Shown here piece by piece: positions 33,517 through 43,543 of a DNA stretch of 43,543 nt (its first letter is position 1; each line of letters opens with the position of its first letter). The notes under the pieces are model-generated. The model was not told where the DNA came from and did not search any database. It saw only the letters and a list, made by a program, of their open reading frames with translations. The translations under genes were made by a program, and so were the position numbers. The stretch lies in the sequence record SRR20825019_2054; one strand, given 5' to 3'.

Positions 33517-36500
33517 ATGAATCTATTCAACGGCAAAAAGAGAACAACTACACAAACTGCCAAGGATATTGCACTGACGGATATGGAAGCGCAGGCTTCC
33601 GCCGAGGATGCAGGTGGAGGAAACACGGGGCAGCAAGGCTCCGGAAACCCAGCCCCCTCATCCAGTGCAAAGACAGATCTTAAGTATACAAACTCCTTTG
33701 CAATGAAAATGCAGGAGAAGATGAAGGAGAAGAGGCACTCTGTGACAGATGTCCCTCCTCTGGTGAGCGGCGTTAACAACAGCACTTTAAGTAGTGACAT
33801 GAGCAACTCTGTTTTTGAGGATAGGGTTCCGAGTCCATTCGCCGAAAAACCTCAGCAGAGCAAGAACAAATCGTCTCCGCCTCCTAGTCCCAGACAGAGC
33901 CGAGATATCGGTGGTGCTAGTGCACTTTTTACTCACCTTGGAGGATACGCTCGAGACCACAGTTCTAAACATGCAAATAACAAAAACTTGCAGACGGACG
34001 TTACATTCTCAACTGTGTCGCCTATTGTGGAGCGGGCAAAAAAGAGAGTGAAGATGGTTAAAGCCGTGGACACCCAGACAGATTTCACCACTGCTCTCGC
34101 TGTACAGGATGTAGCCCGCATGAAGCAGTCTGTGGACGACTTGCAAAGTGCCCTTCAGGAAACTGAAAAACGAATGAAAACCGAGTATGAAAAGAAGGTT
34201 GGGGAGGAAGTGAAGAACCTTCATGGCTGGTTTAGGGAGCGACTGGAGTACGAAAAGCAAGGGTTCAACTCGAAGCAGGACAAGCTCCGAAATGCCTATC
34301 GCCAGAAGATTGAGGATGTCCGTGTAGAGATCAACTATGTATACACGTCCAAGTTTCGTGCTTTGGAGGAAAACTTCCGCAATGAAGCCACTCTCCATGA
34401 CGCTATTATAGCAGAGTTCAAGAAGCAGCTCAAATATAAGGATGACATGATCGAAGTGATGGGCCAGAATGTCAGGTGTGTATTTGCATGTGGTGTATTT
34501 GCGAAAACTAATGTGAACTTTCATGCAGGCGTTGGGAGCTCAAGTACATTGGGATCAAGGATCAGTATGAAGTTGAAAAGCGCAAGCTCCGTGCCCGTGT
34601 ACGCGACCTTGAAGATGAACTCCATAAGATTCAGGTGAAGCGCGGCAGGCAAGCTTTAGAGGAGAAGAAAGAGAAACAGAAGAAGGAAGAGGCCAAGAAA
34701 GCTGAAGAGGAAGAGAAAAAAACTCGAAAGCAGCGGAAGTTGGAGGAGGAAAAGCGCTTGGCAGCTGAGTTGAAAAAGAAAGAAGAGGAGATTGCGAAGG
34801 CCGCAGAGGAGGCTGCAAAGGCTGCAAAGGAGGCCGCTATGCAAGCACAGAGCGTGAATGCGCTGCTTCCACTTACATATGCATGCCCTTCATGTGACGA
34901 AAAGGTTAAGGTGACTGATAAGGGGGAAGTAGAGCTCCTTGGGGAACGCACAAAGGAGAAGAAAAGGCCCAAGAAAGAGAGCAAAGGGTCCACAAAGGAA
35001 AGTAGAGCTCCTTCCACATCCCGTGAGGCATCGAAGGAGCCTACACCGTCATTGACCCCAAAAATCTTCGATCCTGAGGTTGGTGCTTCTGTTCCAGTAC
35101 GTATGGAATCAGTTGCCGATGAAAAGAAACCGAAGAAGGGCAAGAAGAAGAAGGGAGCTAATAAGGGCGGCAAGACACCAAAACTACAATCTCCAGAACG
35201 ATCGAAGGGAATTGTTGAGGAAGAGGAGGATGTTGAAAAGCTGAAACCAACTCAGAAGGACATGGACAAGGCTTTCTCTGCTGCCTTGGGCGCTGATGAA
35301 GGGAAGGATGAGACGCCCAAGAAAGGAAAGAAGGGAGCGAAAGGGACGAAGGGTACCAAAGGAGGAAAGAAAGCGCCTGCAGCCCCACCACCCAAGGAGG
35401 TCAAGGAGGAGTCCGTTCAGTGTGACATAATCGGCGGAGACAATGCAACAGGGCACAGCAGTATTCCTAGTGGTGCTGGCAGTCGCGATGTCAGTTCTGG
35501 TGGGAATGATCTGACCGCTGAGTCTCCTTCCGCAAGTGGCGCGCCGTCTGTAGGTGTTGCCGTGCCTCCTCCACCGGTTGATCCTAAAGAAATCCAAAGA
35601 AGGGAGCGTGTTGTGGAAGCCCGTGAGAAAGCACTAGAAAGGAAAGAGAAGGAAGACAAAGAGCGCAAGGAGAAGGAAGATAAGGACAGGAAGGACCGCG
35701 AACGCAGGGAACGCGAGCGCAGGGCAAGGGAGGAACGCGAGCGAAGGGCGAGAGAGGAGAAGGAGCAGAAGGCTCGGGATGAGAAAGAAAAACAAGAGAG
35801 AGAAGAAAAGGAAAAGTTGGAACAAGAGTTAGCAAAGCTCAAAGACAAGTTGTCTTCACTGCCACCAGAGCTTATTCAATCGCAGGCGCCAACTCCGGCA
35901 AGATCACCGGCTAGAACTCCTGGGCGCTCTCCTGCTTCGACACGCCCCTCGTCCCAAGAAAGATCGCGCGAGAAACCCCGCCCTCAAGAACTCGAGATAC
36001 CAGAGACTCCTGTCGAAAATCAAGAGGAGGAGACGCCTGCGACTGCGAAGGTCGATGCGGATGGTGAGAATCTTCCAAAGAAGTTGCCAACGAAAGGGAA
36101 GAAGGGATCAAAAACATCAAAGAAGGGTTCAAAGGGCAAGTCTCGGATGCCTGCAACTCCAGCAGCAACTCCTTCTACTGCAAAGAAAAAGAAGGCCGCT
36201 CCTGCTCCAACTCCGGGCTCCAAGAAGACAGCAACACCGAAGGTAAACCTAAAGGATGAAATTAAGCAACTTGAGGCTGAGCTGGATGAAATCGATGACA
36301 AGATGTATGGTGAAGACCGAGAAAGGGAGAGACTCAAGGCTGAAGAGGAAAAAAGGAAAGCCAAAGAGGAAGCTGAAGAAAGAAAAAGACTCAAAGCTGA
36401 GGAAGCCGCGAGAGCCAAGCAAGAGAAGGAGGCAGCAAAGGCCGCCAAGGAAGCGGAGAAAGAAGCGAAGAAGAAGGCAGCGAAGGAGGCGAAGGAAGCT

Positions 36501-39500
36501 GCGAAGGCAGCAAAAGATGACAATAAGACAGAGGACCAAGATGATAAGCCCGAAGAAGCAAAGAAATCTACTTCAAAGAAGGCGAAGAAGGGCTCCAAGA
36601 AGAAGGGTGGAACAAAGACTGCGTTACCATCTGCGCCCACCACAGCTGTGCAGAGCGCAGGTCAGGAGCTGGAGGTTGGAGATAAGGACAAGGATGAAGA
36701 GGGAGATCACTTTGTGAACACTCTTCAGGAAGTGTCCCTGGACGAGTCGGCAAGTCAGGACAAACCTTGGTCGCGTCCGTCCACAGTTCGGCCTTCTACA
36801 ACAAATGTGGTGAAGGATGATGACAATGCGAAACCTCCCATCGAGGAACCAACAGGGCAGGATCAGCAGCAATCCACCGGAGGAGCACAAGATCTGCCAC
36901 AAAAGGAAGCAGAGCCTGATCGTGATTCTGCCCCCCCAACTGATGCTAGACCCAACGATGGGGAGACGGAGGCTGAGGAGCAGGAAGAGGACGAAGGATC
37001 AAAGGAGGATATTGTGGATGATGCCAAATCAGTGAAATCCGGGAAATCCCTTTCCGTCGCAAGCCATGATAACGAGAGTGAGAAAAAAGAATCGGAAGCG
37101 CACGTGCCCTCAAATGAAGATGAACAGTCATCCACTAAAGAGAAACCTGCATCTCCTGTTGAGGCTAACTTAGAAGGCGCTCGAGAAACTGAAAAAGAAG
37201 CTGTTGGTGTGGATACCACGACTCTTGATGAGGATGTTGGCAACGAAGGAGGCACAGAGTTGGTTGATGAAAAGGCTGGTGAAGAGGAATCTGCGAAACC
37301 TCTTGAGGGTCAAGACGAACAGACGCCTAATGTACCTGAGTCATCTGGGCCTCCACCAGAGTTGCCCGAGCAGAGGGAAGGCCCTTCGACCAGCGAGCAA
37401 CTGGCATCAAAGTCTGCTGCGGAAACTACCAGCGAGTTGGTTGATACTTTCGCAGACCATGTGCCCAACGAGTCTGAGTATGAGGCTGCTACTCCAGAGA
37501 GATTGCACATTGCCAGTCAATCACCCACACATTCTGCTGAGTTGGCTGAAGAAAATGCTCCCGAGGAGAGTGCTTACCAGAAAGACCCTGATTTGGATCC
37601 TTCAGTTGCATCAACGTTGGATTCTCTTCACACCAGAGAACAACTGGAGGATATTGAAAGAGATATCGAACAGAGGGCAACCGAGCAATCAAATGCCTTG
37701 AAGTCTGAAATGAATCAAATGTCTATGGAATTACAAGCGAAAGAATATGAAATGGAACTCCTGCTTGAACAGGCTGAACAAATGAAGAAACGCAAAGAGG
37801 TTGAGCTCGAGGAACGTCTTCGCTTAGAATCCCAGTTGGCTGAAGCCCGTGAAGATGATCTAAAGCGGAGACTTACAGTTGAAATTGCAGCAAAGAAAGA
37901 GGCGGAGCTTGCGGAGCAGTTCTTGTATCTGCAGAAGATCATGGTGGACAAAGAGTCGAGAATCAGAAAAGAAATGGAAAGCAAGGAATCTTGGATGAAG
38001 GCTGCCCAGGAAGATCGCGAACGTGTTCTTGCTGAGATTATGGCTGCCAAAGAAAGTGAGTTGAAAGAACAGGTCAAGCAGAAGGAACTTGATATGGAAA
38101 CCAAAGAAAAGGAATTGTTCGCGAGGGAAAGTCTCTTTAAGAAAGAGATTGAGAATGTCAGGGCGGCATTGACAAAGAAGGAGGCAATATTGAAGAAGAG
38201 AATGACTACTCTGAACACGTTGGATGATGAATTGAAAGAGAAGGAAGCCTATATTCATGAGCATGAGAAAGAATTGGAAGCAAAAGAAGAAGTTATCAGG
38301 GCTTCTGAAATCCAACTAGAGTCCAATACTATCATGCTGAACGAGAAAGAAAGGCAGGTTTCTCTTATAGAAAATGAGGCTCGCGAGGAAATGGCCACGA
38401 TAATGGCCAAAGAGGCGGAGATTAAACTAAAGGAAAGCGAGTTGACCCATAAAGAGAAGGAAATCGACGAACGAAGGGATGAAGTGAAGGAACAGTTGCG
38501 TATTGAAGTCCAAGAAGAGGTTCAGAAGGAAGCTGATGACGAAGTGAAAGAGAGAATTCGTAAGGAGAAGCTTATGTTAGAGCGAGCGCTCAATCGCGAA
38601 AGAGCAAAACTAGAGAATGAGGTAATGACAGAGAGGCAGGAACTCGAAATGCAAGTTCGAGCGGAGTATGAGGTTAAAGCTCAACTACAGCGGGAGGAGG
38701 AACAGGCAGAAATTGAAAAACTTCGTCGACAACTGGAGAACGAGCGGAACAAACTCGCTCAGGAAAGAGATATGATAGCTGCGCGTGCCAAGGAAGAGCT
38801 TCGTATCGAAATGGAACTAGCGAAGCAGTTTGAGGAGTCGGAGAGGTCGTCTACAGCTCAGGCATCGATTCGATCCCCGTCTGAAATGAAGTCATCAAGG
38901 CCTACAACAGCCCGGATTGATGAGACAGGCCCCACTCCAGGCCCCGATTCAGTTGTCGCTGAAAGCATTGTAGAAGGGGATCAGACAAATGTCCAGGCCG
39001 TCGATGAAGGATCAAAGCCGTCATCTGCTTCTGCGGAAGCAACACTTCCCACAACCACTGGCCCTGTACTATCGGAACGCCAAGCTACAGTGCTCAACGA
39101 GGCACCCGTTAAGGCCCCTCGTTTGTCGACCCAGGTGACCGATCAACATCCTGGTTCTGCGCCAGGCAGGACACTCACAATGAGTGAGGGTGAATTTGGA
39201 GATTTCATTGAATACCGAGCAGCACCCTATGACTCCGCGCCTGCAACCCCACGAGGCGGGGCTGCACACACCATCATATCTGAGCATGAAGAGCTTCAGC
39301 CTCTGGACCACCCTGAAGGAGCTCCCAGTGCTGCTAAACCAGAAACTACTCCAGGATCCCCGGTTGAAGGGAAGACTATCAACGAAGGCGAAGATGCAGC
39401 TGCACCTGCAAGTGCACCCACACAAGGTGTGCCGGAGCGAAGGTAAGTGTGCCGCTAACGGACAGCTGCCATGTTCTAACAATGTATTTTGCAGTGAGAC

Positions 39501-41189
39501 TCCCGACTACATTCCGAAGAGACCTCCAACCGCTGAGCTGGAAAGGCAGATTGCGGAAGCTCAGGGCAGTGATGAGGAAGAGGAAGTTGTCAAAGAACGA
39601 CCCACGACCGCCGAGTTAATGAGGGAGATTGAGGAAGAGCGTGAGAGGGCCAAGACCGAGGGAATGGTACTTGCAGAAGGTGAAGTTCCACCGTGGGAGC
39701 AAGCCGAAATAGAGGTGCGAGAGCGTCGAGCACAGCTGACCGGCATACCCGCAAGCGTGGAGAAAGAGGCTAAGGAAAGAACCGAAGAAGAACAGATAGA
39801 ATCTATTGTAGGAAAGAAACAATCTTCTGATGTGGAAGGTGTGGCGGATGTGTCACTCAGGCCTGGAACCACTCCAAATAAGACGGATGCCCCTGATTCT
39901 GTGGAGAGTCGGGGTATTGCCAGTGCTGACGGAGCCGATGCAGAAAACAAGTCCATCTTGAAGAGAAAACTGCAAGGAGAGCCGATGTCTGGGTCATTAG
40001 ACACGGGATTCAACTCTGAGAATGAGACAAGTGACATTGGCTCTACAGCAGCCATTGATGATAATGTGAAGCGGAGGTTCGGCGAAAGAAGATCAAGTGA
40101 GATTGTTTTGGACGAAGATGGCAACATTGTCACCACAGGAGTCCCTATGAGAGCAGAGGATATGATCAAGCAGCATGAGGCAAATGCTGAAAGATCGAGG
40201 ATATCATCTGGAAGGTCAAATGCTGCCGCTGAGATTATTCTCAAGGAGAACCAAATAGTTAACCTTGAAATCGCTGTAGCAGAAAGGGATGCCAATATCG
40301 AAGAACTCCAAGCACTGGGCGAGTACTTGCGTGAGGAAATTACTCAGAAAAACCAGGCCGTTGAAGACCTGCAGAACTATGTCAAGGCAATGGAGGAAAG
40401 GACAGAGAAAAGAGAGGAGGAGTTCAGACAAATCCTGCAAAGAGCAGAAGAGAAAAGAAAAGAAGAAGTCCGCAACCTTCAAAAGGTCTTCACTAGTTTC
40501 CAACGGGATATGCAAAGGCAGCTTGATGCGAAAAACCAAGAAATGGTCCAAGCAACGTCGGGTCTTGCGGAAGAGGTAGTTCACTACGAGAAGGAGGTAC
40601 GAGCTTTAAAGAACGCATTGCTTGTTGATTGCATAGATCTAATGCCTTGCAGATTGCTAAAAATCGAGAGGAGGCTAAGAAACAGGAGGAACTACATCAT
40701 ATCCTATCAAGTAGACAAGGTGCAGCAATGGCTAAACTCGTGGAGGAGAACCAGGCCCTGCAAGACTTCATCAAGGAGGAATTGAAACTACGAAACGCTA
40801 GCATGAATGGCAAGTGGATGAAGAATCCGGACGATAACAGTGACCCTGTTTGGGTGGTGACTAGAAAGATGGAGGATGGCCTTTATTCTGGTGTGGACTA
40901 TATGGGCTTCAGTCAAGTGTGGAAGCAATATGAGGATCAGTTCGAGAACAACAACAGCAAACTTCCAGAAGTGAAACAAGCCAAACCACAACGAGAGACT
41001 CAGAAGCCAAGATTTGAGTTTGTCAAACCTCCTGAAGCACCCCCCGAGGACATTAACGTGCCTGAAATGAGTGTAACCAAGGTAGCCCAGCCTCCACAGG
41101 CAGAAAAACCTTCACATTCACATCGGCCACAGAATCGCAAGACTGTTCCATTGCCCAAAGTGCCAACACTCAACACGGCACGATTCTGA
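33517..41189 (+). CDS. Very large (~2500 aa) charged coiled-coil/low-complexity protein; N-terminal region resembles DUF4709 (C10orf67)
   Basis: Four exons join in frame via introns near 34476-34528, 39443-39494 and 40597-40652, with long E/K/R heptad tracts. QTDFTTALAVQDVARMKQSVDDLQSALQETEKRMKTEYEKKV..LRNAYRQKIEDV resembles DUF4709 by eye. Confidence 0.75.
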
Positions 41190-41241
41190 GTCGAACACCG
41201 CTATCATTCACAATAAACCATAGATTATTGAGAGCCACCAA

Positions 41242-42539
41242 TCAATTGACCAAAGCAAGCCGAGATGTTATCCATCTCCTGAAGTAATCGCAGTCAATAA
41301 GGTCACATGCTTGGGGTAAATGGCCATTGTTGTGCGTAATGCAAATAATTTCAACAATGTTCTTCCAATCATTGGACAAAATCAGTCGGCAACAGGAGTA
41401 CACTCCACACACATGTAAGGGAACACCCAGACATACAACACCACATACCCAGAAAATACCAATCCCGGTCAATGCCATCAAAGTGAATCCAACTATTGCT
41501 GGACAGCACCACACGGCAAACAAAAAAGACAAAAACCCGTGCAGCATTTGAACAGCACAAATACGATTAATCCAAACCACGCCAAGGCGATGTGCTTGCT
41601 TTCCACAACAACACGAAAATAACAAACACTGCAAAGACACATTGAATAATATCGTGTGAATGGGCCATAAGCACAGGAACAAAACAACATAAAAAGCAGT
41701 AGTGATGTCGTATGTAATATACGTAATCATGCCAATAAATATAAAGGACACTAGCCAAAACACCATATACTGGAACTGAATGATTTTTCGCTGTGCGCAG
41801 TTAGAACCTTCGAAATCGTCACCAAAATGGAATAATTGCTTACCCTATGAAAGTGAATGTAACCCATTCTGTCAGTATTCCGACGATCATCTGAAAACCA
41901 TGCATATCTGTCATACTCCAAATCGAACTCGTCTCCCGAGCTTTCCCTTCTGTCTCTACCCCGCCCCGGCTTCTTTGGAGCAGACAAAAGAACCTTTGCT
42001 TCCACGTGGTCAACATCCTTCGATATGGGAAAGGCAAGCAAAACAGGCGTTGGAGGCCTCGTTCGAGGTTCTGTTTGGCTACAGCCAGCCGTGGTTTGCG
42101 TAATGGTTTCACTCCCGGGGCCATGCAAGGCCTCGTCTACCATACGTCTGACCTCCACAGGTAGATGAGGCCCTAGACCACCATGATTTTCAACTAGCCT
42201 GGCAAGATCTGTTCCCTCTAACCATTCGGGAAGTGATGTCACCCCCATTCCAACTGAGTCTGTCGCGTTTTCATCCCGTGGCAACTGCAAGCAGAACCAC
42301 TCCATTGGCTCAACTTTATCTGCTTCCCCTGAGTCCATCTTTTGAACAATTGGATACTTTCCCCATGGCCCTCCAGCAAACGGAGCAGACTTCACAAGGG
42401 GATTTTGAGACTGTCGCCGTGCTCGTTGTATTTCTCGTGCCTCCTTGAACCTTTTCACCATTCTTCCAAAAAAGCCATCTTCGCCACCTTCAGGCGGATC
42501 ACCACTGCCCTTTTCGAGTTGGCTCTCTGGATCAGTCAT
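41242..42539 (-). CDS. Hypothetical membrane protein with soluble N-terminus and about four Cys-rich TM segments
   Basis: ORF 41751-42539 joins ORF 41242-41766 through an intron gtaagc...ctaactgcgcacag (YIHFHR|RKIIQFQYMVFWLVSF...). The last exon has several hydrophobic stretches. Confidence 0.7.
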
Positions 42540-42759
42540 AGAGACGACTTCTGCCGGTGGTAAGGCCTATCGATATATTTATCCTGTTTTAAATTATTCT
42601 GGAAGTTGCCGTATGAGAGTATATAGGTTGCTTGTGATTCAGTGGTGCGAGAACTCGTGAATAACAACAGTTTACACCCGTTGGTACCTGGGTGATTAAA
42701 TCGGGTCGTGCTGTGGCAGCCTGCAAGGTGAACGATAATGACGACAGACAGGAGGTGCT

Positions 42760-43000
42760 GTCAGTGGGCGGGCGGGGCTGGGCGCGGGCGGGTCAGCGGG
42801 AGGGTTAAGTTAGCTGTTTCTCTTTGGTAGCAGCCCCTGACCGGCGCACGCAGCGACATGCGTCTAAATGAACGGTCGGTCACCGATGATGATTGCGGAA
42901 GTCGGTACGGTTGGCCTGTGGATTTCGCCCGGTGCGGCCTCGGAGGCCCTGGAACGTTCTCGCGGTTGCGAAACTGGATCGCCCGCGGCAGCGTGCGGTG
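42760..43000. promoter_or_regulatory. GC-rich island upstream of the membrane-protein gene; probably bidirectional
   Basis: GC block beginning TCAGTGGGCGGGCGGGGCTGGGCGCGGGCGGG at 42761, in the same position relative to a minus-strand ATG as the other islands. Confidence 0.55.
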
Positions 43001-43436
43001 TTCAGCTAGTAATCACCGGAAGTGACTCGCAATGCTTTTGTGTCTGGGATGTGGCCACTTCCGGTCAGTTTCCGAATAGTGGTATATATTTGGAACTTTT
43101 TGTCGCATACCTCAATCCGACATGTGTCTATTATTCAACGCCAACGGTGACAGGATGTCCTTTTTCTTTCTTTAATACCAAGTGTACCTCATGCAAGGAG
43201 AAAGGACACTATGTCAACGAGTCGTTTGCGTCTTGAGGACGCGCAAGCAAAAATCGGGGTCTAGGATAGCGCGGCTGGTTGTCGACTGGAGGTGAGCCGG
43301 AGATAGTTTCCATTCACCATGCACACTGAACTCCTGGTGCAACTCGACAACCACTAGCCACCCCAGTAACCGTGGTGGGACCACCAGCGGTACACTTGTA
43401 CAGGAGATAGCGCAAGTTAGACAGCGGCGGCGATAG

Positions 43437-43543
43437 TAGGTAATAATAAATGGGATGTCAACTTTCATGCCATATTTCTCTTTCTCTTTTAGAAATGGAG
43501 CAAATTCCTACGCACAAATCCGCTGAAATCTACTTGCTTTATT
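43437..43543 (+). other. Possible start of the next (+) gene: intron-like segment followed by ATG
   Basis: gtaggtaat...tttctctttctcttttag (polypyrimidine tract plus AG at ~43491) is followed by ATGGAGCAAATTCCT, open to the window end. Confidence 0.3.

Noticed and set aside
2558-41189. Apparent frameshifts and in-frame stops suggesting pseudogenes, recoding or an alternative genetic code
   Set aside because: Every break examined is resolved by a short GT-AG intron, and all three stop codons terminate real genes.
207-41850. Introner-like (transposon-derived) introns
   Set aside because: The introns are similar in length but show no mutual sequence similarity, inverted ends or flanking duplications by eye.
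43183-43224. Zinc-knuckle-like CTSCKEKGHYVNES suggesting a retroelement gag
   Set aside because: The final Cys of CCHC is absent, the frame stops soon after, and there are no LTR or pol features.

Overview
Compact eukaryotic nuclear DNA with the standard genetic code (TAA, TAG and TGA all used as stops) and many short (~40-60 nt) GT-AG introns. The organism is probably a flagellated protist; this is inferred from gene content and it cannot be named. Thirteen protein-coding genes can be assembled by hand: RS-domain cyclophilin (-, runs off the left edge), MSH6 (+), a TSNAXIP1-like protein (-), eIF3c (+), RAD54B (-), a membrane-anchored tandem chalcone-isomerase-fold protein (+), ZPR1 (-), LYRM7/Mzm1 (+), an orphan (-), an 8-EF-hand protein (+), a secreted acidic protein (-), a ~2500-aa coiled-coil protein (+) and a 4-TM protein (-). 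The strand alternates at every gene. Each head-to-head gap (~0.9-1.3 kb) holds a very GC-rich island, and each tail-to-tail gap is only 34-158 bp. The strongest signals are: (1) a SMARCAL1-type RPA32-binding motif, PIP-like boxes and a KOW/Tudor-like module in the MSH6 N-terminus; (2) the alternating, GC-island bidirectional-promoter architecture; (3) one outlier 190-nt cyclophilin intron with H/ACA-snoRNA-like and regulatory features. No mobile element, CRISPR array, tRNA or rRNA was recognised. Exon boundaries are hand predictions without transcript data.
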